A stretch of DNA of 64,000 nt from a virus (IMGVR_UViG_3300037116_000081:1-64000), one strand, 5' to 3'; positions 38,002 through 46,401 are shown, counted from the stretch's first letter. Translations and numbers: made by a program. Notes: generated by a model from the sequence alone, not told the origin.

Positions 38002-38643
38002 TTACGCGGCCCTTCGGCTCTTCCCCACGCCTGCGTTCACGTGAGCCAGCGCGGTTTTGAAAAGCTCATCGAAAGATTGCCCGTCTTTGCCGGCCGCGAG
38101 TACGGCCTCCTGCGCTTCAGCAAAAGGAACTTTCAGATTGCAGAGAGCAGAGAGCACATCTTGATGAACTGAAGAAAGCATTTCGCGGTATTGTACTACA
38201 CTTCCACGTTTTGCGTTTCGCGCTGCACTGGAGTTGCAGCGCGTTGGGAGTTCTTTCCCGAAAACTTTGGCAGGACCTCCCACAGTTGCCCGGTTAGGCG
38301 ACGTACCCGACCATTTCTGGCTGTGACTTACCCGTCCCTGTTGTGCCTGGACGCCGATGGATTCAGATTTCTCTGAACGGACGGACTCGCTCATCTCAAG
38401 GTCCTGGGTCTTGCGACCGCGCTTATATGCGCCACTACTCCAGTGTGGCGCAAGACGAAAACTATCGAGATTCAAAAAGAGCCGGGCAACCTTACTGCAA
38501 CCGATTGCCCGGACAAGAAGTACATGCGAAATTACAGATACTCCAAAGCCTATCAGAAACATCCACCCAGGTAAAGAGCGAGTCGCAACCACGCAGAGGG
38601 AAACCAGGGCGACACCAGCGAGGAAGCTGTAGGCGTGTTTCAT
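38002..38643 (-). CDS. Membrane protein with RuvA C-terminal-like domain
   Basis: Two TM, a linker holding two hairpin sites, then QDVLSALCNL....EA..AV.....FDELFK.AL. Confidence 0.55.
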   Translation of the reverse strand: MKHAYSFLAGVALVSLCVVATRSLPGWMFLIGFGVSVISHVLLVRAIGCSKVARLFLNLDSFRLAPHWSSGAYKRGRKTQDLEMSESVRSEKSESIGVQAQQGRVSHSQKWSGTSPNRATVGGPAKVFGKELPTRCNSSAARNAKRGSVVQYREMLSSVHQDVLSALCNLKVPFAEAQEAVLAAGKDGQSFDELFKTALAHVNAGVGKSRRAA

Positions 38644-38945
38644 TTTAACACCTCAGCATTTTCCGTCTCGCGCTGAATTGGAGTCGGATCGTCAGGCAGA
38701 AGTTCCAGTTCGTTTAGCTCGAATGGTATCGCCCCGCCGAGCATCATCTTGGGACCGAAGACCTCAAAGATATTCCAGAGCTGAGTTTCGATCAAGCCAT
38801 CCCGCCAGCCGGAATAGACTGCGTCACAATATTTTTCCCCATCCTGGATGTGGCCGAACACCACACGCGAATAGAAATTAACGAGGATGTTTTGCCCGTG
38901 TCTGTTGAGCTTCACCCGGACTCGTCGGTTAAGGTTGATCTTCAT
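38640..38945 (-). CDS. Conserved phage hypothetical protein
   Basis: NLN..V.VKL...G...QLW.....FG pattern. Confidence 0.7.
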   Translation of the reverse strand: MKINLNRRVRVKLNRHGQNILVNFYSRVVFGHIQDGEKYCDAVYSGWRDGLIETQLWNIFEVFGPKMMLGGAIPFELNELELLPDDPTPIQRETENAEVLK

Positions 38946-39060
38946 GATTTATTTTGTCCCGAAACCAGCCACAAAACAAGTAACCAAAGTACCATTCTTG
39001 TCGTAGTACGAAATCCCTATGTGCTGCATTCCAGGGCAGCACAAGACGCAACCTGCCCAG

Positions 39061-39216
39061 TCAGCAATCGCCGAAATTAACAGTCCAGAGCGCTACAATC
39101 TTCTGCCAAAACGATCCATGGCCGGTCATCTGTATTTCACAGGTCCCGTACTTATAAGTAGTCGCCAGCAATGGCAGACCGCAGATCAGCACACCACATG
39201 CGAGAATGCGTTTCAT
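39061..39216 (-). CDS. 51-aa secreted peptide
   Basis: MKRILACGVLICGLPLLA signal; AAGGAGG RBS; copy at 51971..52126. Confidence 0.7.
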   Translation of the reverse strand: MKRILACGVLICGLPLLATTYKYGTCEIQMTGHGSFWQKIVALWTVNFGDC

Positions 39217-39279
39217 TTGCCTCCTTTCTCCCCATTTTCTTCGTCTCGCGCTGAACTGGGATTTTAGCGCGTTGAGCTT

Positions 39280-39567
39280 TCAGTCCGTGTGGCATCGAAA
39301 ATACCAGCCACCGTTTTGAGACTTGGTCCTCGGGATATCCGGGTCTTTTCCGAAGCGCGGTTTTGCGCAACGCGCCTGTTCAAGCCAATCTCCCCGATCC
39401 GTCGCCGCAATAATCACCACCGGCTGAGATAATGGCATTTCCGCAAACACGATCAAACAAGCGCCTACCTGCGGAATGATAGACCGCTCATGGAAGCCTA
39501 CGACAAGGTACCCGCGTTCCTGAATCAGGAAGCTTGCAACTTCATCACCTTTGGTCATGATGCTCAA
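39280..39567 (-). CDS. Hypothetical protein
   Basis: Bracketed by hairpins 39242 and 39576; C-terminus resembles 43662..43970. Confidence 0.6.
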   Translation of the reverse strand: MSIMTKGDEVASFLIQERGYLVVGFHERSIIPQVGACLIVFAEMPLSQPVVIIAATDRGDWLEQARCAKPRFGKDPDIPRTKSQNGGWYFRCHTD

Positions 39568-39971
39568 CCTCCCAACGTCCTGCTACTCCAGTGCAGGACG
39601 AAACGAATACCATTCCTCATAAGAATAGCGGCTATAATCACCACTCCGAACCACAACATGGACGGCTCCGGAGTAATCGTTGGCGGTGGCACGTACGGCG
39701 GCGGCACAATTGTCTGTCCTGGAGGAATCACAGGAGGCCCCGGAGGGATGACCACGGCCACATACGCAGGCGGCTCCCACGTCTCCGCTTTCGGCGCGCA
39801 CCATTGGATTGCAGGGTTCAGGACCGAATTCTCACAGATAATTTTATCCGTCCCATAACCCGGAAAGTAGACTACCGTTGTCCAGGCGTCCTGTTGCAAG
39901 GTGATCACGAGATCGCCGTAGGTAAACGGTGTCGTACCGTTCCCCATTGGCTGCTGAAGATTGACACTCAT
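39564..39971 (-). CDS. PEP-CTERM-like protein
   Basis: TPEPS-TM-basic tail; paralogue of 51522..51881. Confidence 0.7.
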   Translation of the reverse strand: MSVNLQQPMGNGTTPFTYGDLVITLQQDAWTTVVYFPGYGTDKIICENSVLNPAIQWCAPKAETWEPPAYVAVVIPPGPPVIPPGQTIVPPPYVPPPTITPEPSMLWFGVVIIAAILMRNGIRFVLHWSSRTLGG

Positions 39972-40447
39972 TAGCATTCCTCCGTCTCGCGCTGAACTGG
40001 GGTTTCAGCGCGGGGAACCTCCGACCAATCCCAGAGACTTAGCGCGCCTTTTGCAGGAATCGGAGTTTCGAACGCGCGCACATTTTTAAGTATCCAACCA
40101 AACCGATTCGGAGAATAGTCTCCGAATGCACGCTCTCTTTCCGTGTCCAGTTCAGGGTAATCGTCAAACACTCCCGAGAGGCAGCCGCGCGCCTCTGTCG
40201 GAAGAATGTCAATGAGTTCGCATGTTGCGATAATCTTCCCAATAGGAAGTTGTAACGCGGACACCACGGAAAGGGAAGAACGGAATGGCTCAATTAGAAC
40301 GTAATCGCGGCAATCGGGCGGGAAGCCCTTCGCGGCGTGTATCGCAAGCGGCCCACGGTACGCGGTGCTCCAGGAGCGTGTCTCGATTCTCTTCGCCCCG
40401 AGTGCTACAAGCGTAGCCCATGGCTGAGTGAGAGTCAGGGCTTTCAT
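39971..40447 (-). CDS. ASCH domain protein
   Basis: KALTL.QPWA.L...GAK.IETRSW...RGPLAIHA...P.KG.L.LW. Confidence 0.92.
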   Translation of the reverse strand: MKALTLTQPWATLVALGAKRIETRSWSTAYRGPLAIHAAKGFPPDCRDYVLIEPFRSSLSVVSALQLPIGKIIATCELIDILPTEARGCLSGVFDDYPELDTERERAFGDYSPNRFGWILKNVRAFETPIPAKGALSLWDWSEVPRAETPVQRETEEC

Positions 40448-40617
40448 GCGAGACCTCCCAACGTGCTGCTACTCCAGTGCAGCACGAAACGAATACTACT
40501 CCTCATTCTTTGGCCATTTCGCACGGTCAGTCTTAGGGTACTTTGCGTTCGACGTAAACACTTCGTACGCAGCCATCCCGAGCAGGCATACGATGAGGAG
40601 AAAGCATCCAAGTGCAA

Positions 40618-41058
40618 TCATGCGGCCCTCCGTTGAATCAACTGATCTCTAAGGTATTCCCCGCAGACACGGAAAGCTCTGAGAATCGCATTCTTGGCCC
40701 CATAGGCAACCGGATCTAGCAAGAATTCTTGCCCTCTGTAAAGCGCATGCCAGTAACGCAAGCCTGCTTCTTCCTCACGTGGGACGATTACCAGCCGCGG
40801 CTTCTCTCTCAACTCCCGTAAAATCTCCTGCACATCCAATTCGTAAGTCTGAATGAATCGCGGCCATCCGATCCGGTGTTGCTCTTCGTGATGCGCGGAG
40901 CACAGCGGCAACGTGTCCAGGTCAGAGCGCTTCTGTCCCATCCCGCGTGATCCCGGAGCGTGCGCCGCTTGGACTCCCCGCGTGCGGCCGCAACCTGGCA
41001 CAGCGCAAGGAAGCGTGCGGATGAAGGCGAGATGTTCGGGAGAGCGTGTGGGAGTCAT
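40618..41058 (-). CDS. DUF968/HNH-like Zn nuclease
   Basis: HLAFIR.LPC...CG...AAH...GMGQK..D...PLC..HH..QH. Confidence 0.75.
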   Translation of the reverse strand: MTPTRSPEHLAFIRTLPCAVPGCGRTRGVQAAHAPGSRGMGQKRSDLDTLPLCSAHHEEQHRIGWPRFIQTYELDVQEILRELREKPRLVIVPREEEAGLRYWHALYRGQEFLLDPVAYGAKNAILRAFRVCGEYLRDQLIQRRAA

Positions 41059-41062
41059 GTGT

Positions 41063-41368
41063 CTACAAGAACCTCTGCGCTACCCAACCGACTCCCAGGA
41101 TCATCAGCAGTCCACAAATTTCATAGATTTCCCTAAAGTGAAAGGGATATTCTCTTTCGGGTTTGGGCTTCTTGAAATTACGCCGCCTGAACATCGCGAC
41201 AAGGCAGGACACGCCAATACTTCTTGCTACACCCAACGGTCTGACGTCGGTATAGGAAACGATAAACCACAGCCAAAAAAAGCTGGTTACGTATCCGGCC
41301 AAAACAATACTGATAGGCACCAGCAATATCCCGACGCAGCCCCAAGCCGAATCTTTTGTTTCGCCCAT
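41063..41368 (-). CDS. 3-TM membrane protein
   Basis: Leaderless start after the repeated promoter. Confidence 0.65.
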   Translation of the reverse strand: MGETKDSAWGCVGILLVPISIVLAGYVTSFFWLWFIVSYTDVRPLGVARSIGVSCLVAMFRRRNFKKPKPEREYPFHFREIYEICGLLMILGVGWVAQRFL

Positions 41369-41373
41369 GCGTT

Positions 41374-41473
41374 AATCTTGCCTCAGCGCGCGCACGCCGT
41401 CAAGATCCGGAAGTACTAGGACTCACACGCCAGCATCATCTTCCGTTTCGCGCTGAACTGGGGTTTCAGCGCG
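41374..41473. repeat. Direct repeat copy 2
   Basis: Matches 266-365. Confidence 0.95.
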
Positions 41474-41623
41474 TTGAAAGTTCGCAACAAAGAATTGGCG
41501 CGAATAAAATCCCACGTCGCCTGAGTCGAACTTCACCGCGACGTAATTGCATCCCAGATTCACCTTGGTGATTTCACCAACGCTCCGTCTCGTAACTTTG
41601 TCACCCACTTTGAAATCTTCCAT
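41423..41623 (-). CDS. Small SH3/KOW-like protein
   Basis: FKVGDKV...G.I......V.F; shared C-terminus with 315..512. Confidence 0.55.
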   Translation of the reverse strand: MEDFKVGDKVTRRSVGEITKVNLGCNYVAVKFDSGDVGFYSRQFFVANFQRAETPVQRETEDDAGV

Positions 41624-41624
41624 T

Positions 41625-41828
41625 TCACCAACCGTAGCGCTGAGCGTGCTCCATCATCCGTGGCCACCAACTGCCCGGCTGTTGGCTGGGTCCGTCGTAG
41701 CCGATCATCCAGTATTCCCGCGCGCCTTCGAGAATTCGCCTTGCTCCCCCGCTACCTCCCGGCATGTACCAACCTTCACGCATCGCGAGCGCTCGGTCCT
41801 TTCGTGGCAGGCTTACGATCTGCTTCAC
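41625..41828 (-). CDS. Hypothetical protein, paralogue of 593..874
   Basis: Shared C-terminal ~28 aa. Confidence 0.6.
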   Translation of the reverse strand: MKQIVSLPRKDRALAMREGWYMPGGSGGARRILEGAREYWMIGYDGPSQQPGSWWPRMMEHAQRYGW

Positions 41829-42181
41829 TACTTTCCTTTGGCGAATGATTCACGGCAGTCCACTTGGCCGCCGTTTAAGATTGGAATTCCACCCTTGGCT
41901 ATGCACGCATCGACTATCTTGGTCTGGATTTCCAGCATTCGTTTGTTTGATTCCATGCCGAATTGCAGGTCACGTGCGCTCTGTGCAGCCTTCGTCACTT
42001 CTTCGCTAGACGCGCAACTCTTGGTCAGTTGATCCCGAAGTGGCTGGTTCAAAATCGCACCGGCCATCCAGCCGCCAATCATCGCCCCGAGAATCCCTAG
42101 CAGCAAACTGCAAAGCAGGGTGGTTCGCAAGTTCATGTTAGGCTCACTTTCATCATTCCAATCTAAAAACCGTTCCGTCAA
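41828..42181 (-). CDS. Membrane-anchored protein
   Basis: TM plus a CIAKGG.P motif; start uncertain. Confidence 0.6.
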   Translation of the reverse strand: MTERFLDWNDESEPNMNLRTTLLCSLLLGILGAMIGGWMAGAILNQPLRDQLTKSCASSEEVTKAAQSARDLQFGMESNKRMLEIQTKIVDACIAKGGIPILNGGQVDCRESFAKGK

Positions 42182-42635
42182 ACCAGATCGGATATTCCTG
42201 CCCTGGAACCAACGAACTCGCCGTCGGATCGTTCTTGCCCGTCTTGTCTTTGATGTTCACCGGCCCTACATTGTCGATGTTCAGTGAGCATACGCCCGTC
42301 GCGTTCGTCACGTCGGGCACCAGCCGCAAATGCATTCCTTTGGTGTACACCGTCAGAACTTGGCAACCGGCCGCACCGAAAGAGTACGTGTACGCTGGAG
42401 TCTTGTTGCTCGAAAACACCGCATCACAGACGCCGGATTGCGCCGTGGCCTTCGTCAGAAGCGTTGCGGTGTTGGCATCAACGAACCAGCCTTTACCTGG
42501 CGTGAAATACTGAACAAGATTCTTGCCCATCTGAAGGCCTTGCATGGGATTGATTGCCGTCGAGGCGAGCGCGGCCGCAACGCAGAAGCCGACCGCGGCG
42601 CCGCAGAGGAACCCGCGGCTCAGTGACGATACCAT
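42153..42635 (-). CDS. Exported protein, paralogue of 871..1368
   Basis: Direct alignment. Confidence 0.75.
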   Translation of the reverse strand: MVSSLSRGFLCGAAVGFCVAAALASTAINPMQGLQMGKNLVQYFTPGKGWFVDANTATLLTKATAQSGVCDAVFSSNKTPAYTYSFGAAGCQVLTVYTKGMHLRLVPDVTNATGVCSLNIDNVGPVNIKDKTGKNDPTASSLVPGQEYPIWFDGTVFRLE

Positions 42636-43234
42636 GCGACAAGTCCATCCGGAGTCGGAGTCGACTGGGGAATCGCACCGGCCAAGAACGTTATCGTGCT
42701 TCCCACCAGCGTGTAATCGATGCCCGCAGTTTGAAGTAGTCCGTTCCTGTGCAGCAAAAGGCTCCCGGCCGGCGAAGGCGCCGCGGCAAGCGTAAAGGTG
42801 GCGTTAACTCCGTTGACTGTTCCGCCTGGTACTTCACCATCCGAGTAGTTGACGCCGCTTCCTGCCGGTCCCTGTGGCCCAGCGGGTCCCGTTGCACCGA
42901 TCGCTCCGGCCGGTCCAATTGCTCCAGCGGGTCCCACTGATCCGTTTACCCCAGCAGTTCCGGTTGCTCCTTGCGGTCCAGCCGGTCCAGCGATCGAGCA
43001 TCCGGGAGCTAAAGCGTTGAATCCGATCTTGCCATGAGTTCCCGAAACAGTCGGGTAAGCCACAGTGATACAGGGTGAGCTGATGTCCAGCTCAACAATC
43101 GTGGCTGTTGGGGTAACCGCTAAAATGGAGCCCGTCGCGATCGCTACCGATGCTTTGGTTTGCTGTTCGAGGCTCGGCTTCGTTTGAGCCCCGAGAGTTG
43201 CGAGAGCCGCGAAAAACAGGAGTAAGATGCGCAT
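42620..43234 (-). CDS. Secreted collagen-like protein
   Basis: Signal peptide and GXY run; leaderless TTGCGC-17-TACACT promoter. Confidence 0.85.
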   Translation of the reverse strand: MRILLLFFAALATLGAQTKPSLEQQTKASVAIATGSILAVTPTATIVELDISSPCITVAYPTVSGTHGKIGFNALAPGCSIAGPAGPQGATGTAGVNGSVGPAGAIGPAGAIGATGPAGPQGPAGSGVNYSDGEVPGGTVNGVNATFTLAAAPSPAGSLLLHRNGLLQTAGIDYTLVGSTITFLAGAIPQSTPTPDGLVAWYRH

Positions 43235-43249
43235 GGGAAAAGTGTACTC

Positions 43250-43651
43250 CTATGCCGAGATTGGCGCAACCGAAGCGATGAGCGCCACCTCGAGGCCTCG
43301 CCTTGACACCAGGCCAGGAAGAACATTGCCGTGCCGATCGTGGACAAAATTCAGCAGCTCGGATTGCCCAAGCAAAACCTGTTCCAAGGTGTGATATCCG
43401 CAGTTATAGCCAAACGAGACGTACGCCGCCGCCGCTATCATGGGTTCGGCTTCGACCAGCTTCAGCAGCGGAGCCGCGTCAGTTTGCAGCAACGAGCTGG
43501 CTGTGTCCATGGTGATCGAGTATTCCTCAACTACCTCCGGTCCGGTGTGACCGAAGCCTACAGTCCAAACTCCGCCTGTGTCCTGATAGGCGGTCAAGCG
43601 CACGCCTTCAAAGACCCGAATCAAAGCTGCTGCCAGCATCGCTACGTTCAT
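43250..43651 (-). CDS. GH24 lysozyme (endolysin)
   Basis: FEG.RL.AY.D.GGVWT.G.GHTG ... S..YN.G ... LPGLV.RR..E. Confidence 0.92.
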   Translation of the reverse strand: MNVAMLAAALIRVFEGVRLTAYQDTGGVWTVGFGHTGPEVVEEYSITMDTASSLLQTDAAPLLKLVEAEPMIAAAAYVSFGYNCGYHTLEQVLLGQSELLNFVHDRHGNVLPGLVSRRGLEVALIASVAPISA

Positions 43652-43661
43652 GGGTTTCTCC

Positions 43662-43970
43662 TCAGTCCGTGCTCACTTCGTAGAAATGGTCGTAATGATA
43701 CAACGGGGCTTCTGCCGCGAAAACATCATCTGGATGAGCCTCCAGGTAGTCCCTAAGCGTCACTTCGCGTATGATTAACAGCGGCTGCGGCGTTACTTCT
43801 CGCCCACCAAGACCGAGCCTGAAATGCTGAATCTCGACGGGAGGATGCCACACCTCGCCGACAGGTAAAGCACAATCGCAGTGAATTATCACAAGCCAAC
43901 TCCTCAATCGCTGTAATCGAACGGCCAGCCTTTGAACCGGGAATCCTTGCGCCGCCCCGCGCTCTGGCAA
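43662..43970 (-). CDS. Hypothetical protein
   Basis: QP..II...T..D.LE..FY.V.TD similar to 39280..39567; start uncertain. Confidence 0.5.
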   Translation of the reverse strand: MPERGAAQGFPVQRLAVRLQRLRSWLVIIHCDCALPVGEVWHPPVEIQHFRLGLGGREVTPQPLLIIREVTLRDYLEAHPDDVFAAEAPLYHYDHFYEVSTD

Positions 43971-44031
43971 GTTCCAAAGAAAACAACCAACGCGATCACT
44001 ATGACCGCTATTCCAAACATCGCTGCGTAAT

Positions 44032-44250
44032 TCATCGTCTTGCCCTTTCCATTTCGTCTTCCGTGAGTGATTCTAGCTGTTTTTTCGCGCAGCCCTCGAC
44101 ACCTGGGCATTCGTCCATGTCATCGTAGAGCCTGCCACCTTGGTGTCCACAGACGCCACACTCTGGCCCGTAAAACAACCGCGCCTGCTCAACTGTCCGA
44201 TAAACGACGCGTTCCCGACCCATCGCGTCTCGCTCTCTGTAGGCTTCCAT
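44032..44250 (-). CDS. Small Cys-rich protein
   Basis: Leaderless TACTAT-6-ATG; CG.CG..G.R.Y.D...CPGV.GCAK shared with 31887..32540. Confidence 0.65.
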   Translation of the reverse strand: MEAYRERDAMGRERVVYRTVEQARLFYGPECGVCGHQGGRLYDDMDECPGVEGCAKKQLESLTEDEMERARR

Positions 44251-44544
44251 GGTTTGATAGTACGCCCTGGTTTTGAAGCTGGGAATGGTACTGAAGGTTC
44301 AATTCGTCTAAGGTGAATCGCTGTAAGGTTGTGCCGGGGGTCTTCCTCTGTCCCCGGCGCCGGTGCAAACCCTGCTTCTGCTCCGTAGCGGTTTCAAGCT
44401 TTCCAGGGCGGAAATGTGCTGGGTTTATCCGGCCCGCCCAGCGTCGGGGTTAGCCGAGCCTTTCAGCTCAACCGGAAATGGTGTGGGCCACAACCTTGAC
44501 CGACAATGCTGGTTGAAGGGTGTGGCCCCGTCCGGACTATATCG

Positions 44545-45021
44545 TTAAAGCCCTGTCGGATTCGTCTTTGGCTTCGCAGCAAGCTTAGCCGCCGCAACCT
44601 GAGCCGCTGTGCCGGTAGCGGTTGTGGTCGAACTGGTTACCGCCGTAGCGACTCCGAACAGATCACCGATCGCCGTCGCCGCTGTGCTGGAAGGTGTGAC
44701 GGTATCGTTTAACGTCTCGGCTGTCGATCCATCGGCATTGAGCACCGTGGCCGTACAGGGAATTGCGACGTTCGGCTGTGCGGGAGCGTTCGGCGTGGAA
44801 ACGACAAGGCTCATTATCGTGGGGGTACCGGCCGGAACCGCAGGAGTCGCATCCGCTGCACGAACCGCTATTGGTGAAGGATCGGGCGTTAGTATGACGC
44901 TGGCCGGATCCGCCGACACCAGGCTAATGGTTTGACCAGGGCCAAGCAATGCGCCAAGAAACGGAGCAGTGCCGAAAATGTATTCGTTTGATGTATCCCC
45001 TATGGGAAGAATGAGAGGCAT
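44545..45021 (-). CDS. Ig-like protein, paralogue of 34388..34834
   Basis: Direct alignment. Confidence 0.75.
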   Translation of the reverse strand: MPLILPIGDTSNEYIFGTAPFLGALLGPGQTISLVSADPASVILTPDPSPIAVRAADATPAVPAGTPTIMSLVVSTPNAPAQPNVAIPCTATVLNADGSTAETLNDTVTPSSTAATAIGDLFGVATAVTSSTTTATGTAAQVAAAKLAAKPKTNPTGL

Positions 45022-45022
45022 G

Positions 45023-45172
45023 TTAATTTTCTCCTTTTGGTTTCGAAAACAAATCGCCGATCTCGGTCGCTGGTGCGGGTTCTTCCGGGGTCAGCAGGTG
45101 AATCAATCGACGCAACTCCTTGAGGATTTCCTTCTCGGTGTGAAGAATCTCCCCAAGGTCGTCGGGCCACAT
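45023..45172 (-). CDS. 49-aa protein, paralogue of the N-terminal part of 34388..34960
   Basis: MWP....EILKELRRLI...LFSK.KGEN then stop. Confidence 0.6.
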   Translation of the reverse strand: MWPDDLGEILHTEKEILKELRRLIHLLTPEEPAPATEIGDLFSKPKGEN

Positions 45173-45173
45173 T

Positions 45174-45389
45174 CTAAGCCGTGGGTGTTACGGGCTTCAC
45201 TGTGGCGTTCTTTGCCGCCACCGCTGCCGAAAGTCCTTGAACGGCCGTTATGGCCGTGGCATCGCCTGCGTCCGCACCGGCGAGCGTAGCCATAATCGTG
45301 GTGCTGTTGTTCGGATGCAACAGGTTAACAATCAAGCTCACGAAACTCGGCGCTTCGCTGATAAGAGTCGTAATCAGAGCTGCTGCCAT
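45174..45389 (-). CDS. Small amphipathic protein
   Basis: Paralogue of 34963..35181. Confidence 0.7.
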   Translation of the reverse strand: MAAALITTLISEAPSFVSLIVNLLHPNNSTTIMATLAGADAGDATAITAVQGLSAAVAAKNATVKPVTPTA

Positions 45390-45390
45390 G

Positions 45391-45882
45391 TTAGCCTACC
45401 TTTGCTTGGATGATTTGCAGTGTCACAACCAGGCTAGTTAGCGCCGTCGTTATCGTTACCTTGGCGGTCGCGTTCTTGATATTGAAAACGTCCCCTGAGG
45501 CGATCGAGCCCTGAATCTCTTGGATGATTGGGGTGATAACCGCCGCTATCGAGGCGTTCCCGGTAGTCGCCAATGTGCTGATGGCTCGGGTTGCCACCAC
45601 CGCGCGCGCATTGGCGTCGATAATATCCGTCAGGATCTTCGCCACTGCCGCACCTTCAGCCGGCGACATACTACCCTGGTTCACCAATGCCGTGCTGGTG
45701 TTCGCAATCTGGGCTACCACCTGAGGGATATCGTTCTCAGCGTTCGCGACGATCTGAAGCGGAGTGAGCGCCGGCGCGACGGAGCCGACTTTCGCGCATC
45801 CTGCCAGCCCCATGGAAAGCAGCAACGGTATCAGAACCAGTGCCGCACGCATTCGAGCAAGTCCAGTGTGTCCGATGGGCAT
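45391..45882 (-). CDS. Helical lipoprotein
   Basis: Lipobox LAGC; paralogue of 35182..35661. Confidence 0.75.
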   Translation of the reverse strand: MPIGHTGLARMRAALVLIPLLLSMGLAGCAKVGSVAPALTPLQIVANAENDIPQVVAQIANTSTALVNQGSMSPAEGAAVAKILTDIIDANARAVVATRAISTLATTGNASIAAVITPIIQEIQGSIASGDVFNIKNATAKVTITTALTSLVVTLQIIQAKVG

Positions 45883-45884
45883 GG

Positions 45885-46232
45885 TTACTCCAGCGCCTCG
45901 TTGACCGTCTCGCCGCGGTTCAGATCGGCAATGACGCCTGCGGCATCGTAGAAGCTTTTCTTCGCCGCTACCCAGATTTGTAGGTAGACCGGAAGCGCAG
46001 TCGGCACTCCGAGGTCCGCAAGATTCTGAGTCTTGTCTATCCATGGAACGCTCGACACGTCTTCGGTTGCGTTGACGGGAATCAGAAATGATCCGGTCCC
46101 CATGCCTCCGATGTTTTCACAGACCAGAACACCAGGCGTGTTGTTCGCCGCCAGTTTTGCGAGAACCCCCGCGGTCTGATCGAGACTGATATTCAGGCTC
46201 GCCCGCGGCGCTTGCAGATTTTCAAAGGGCAT
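45885..46232 (-). CDS. Hypothetical protein
   Basis: Paralogue of 35663..36019; TTGCGC-17-TAAGGT promoter. Confidence 0.75.
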   Translation of the reverse strand: MPFENLQAPRASLNISLDQTAGVLAKLAANNTPGVLVCENIGGMGTGSFLIPVNATEDVSSVPWIDKTQNLADLGVPTALPVYLQIWVAAKKSFYDAAGVIADLNRGETVNEALE

Positions 46233-46401
46233 GTATTTCTCCTCACTGGGAACCTTAGCACTTTCGTGCTACTTGCGCAAGTACCAAAATGCCTCACCTA
46301 TCAGAAACGCCACAAACACCCCAACAATCAGTATCGCGATCGCCCTCAATGACCCAACCAGCAGCGTCCGCAATACGTGGCCTTTCACCGTCATCAGGTC
46401 T

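Larger units (their letters stand above)
266..41473. mobile_element. Putative tailless (membrane-containing, jelly-roll capsid) virus/provirus, ~41.1 kb
   Basis: Flanked by a ~100-bp direct repeat (266-365 / 41374-41473). Contains replication, structural (7581-25986) and lysis modules with no tail or terminase genes. All complete hairpin sites lie inside it. Confidence 0.6.
336..41473. repeat. Dispersed ~30-bp hairpin repeat family (33 copies); consensus CGTYYCGCGCTGC-ACTGGAGTA-GCAGCGCG
   Basis: Approximate starts and orientation: 336+, 2350+, 3042+, 5389+, 5894-, 8831+, 12799-, 18280+, 18501-, 26219+, 27119-, 27775+, 28341-, 29178+, 29622-, 30218+, 30399-, 32773+, 33336-, 33737+, 34192-, 36116+, 36295-, 37263+, 38214+, 38428-, 38664+ (half), 39020-, 39242+, 39576-, 39983+, 40462-, 41444+. 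Partial remnant at 52153. Confidence 0.95.

Noticed and set aside
336-41473. Hairpin repeats as a CRISPR array
   Set aside because: Dispersed at 0.2-7.7 kb spacing, alternating orientation, variable stems and no cas genes
336-41473. Hairpin repeats as integron attC sites
   Set aside because: A GTTRRRY-like word occurs on one side of some copies, but there is no matching RYYYAAC on the other side. Sites are too short, alternate in orientation, and no IntI is present.
336-41473. Hairpin repeats as intrinsic terminators
   Set aside because: No consistent U-tract, conserved loop, both orientations relative to transcription, and some lie inside coupled operons or ORFs
1-43234. Duplicated segments as DGR template/variable repeats
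   Set aside because: Mismatches inspected are mostly third-position and not adenine-specific; no reverse transcriptase seen
44263-44544. Possible structured ncRNA or tRNA in an intergenic gap
   Set aside because: Several hairpins are possible, but no cloverleaf or known motif could be supported by eye
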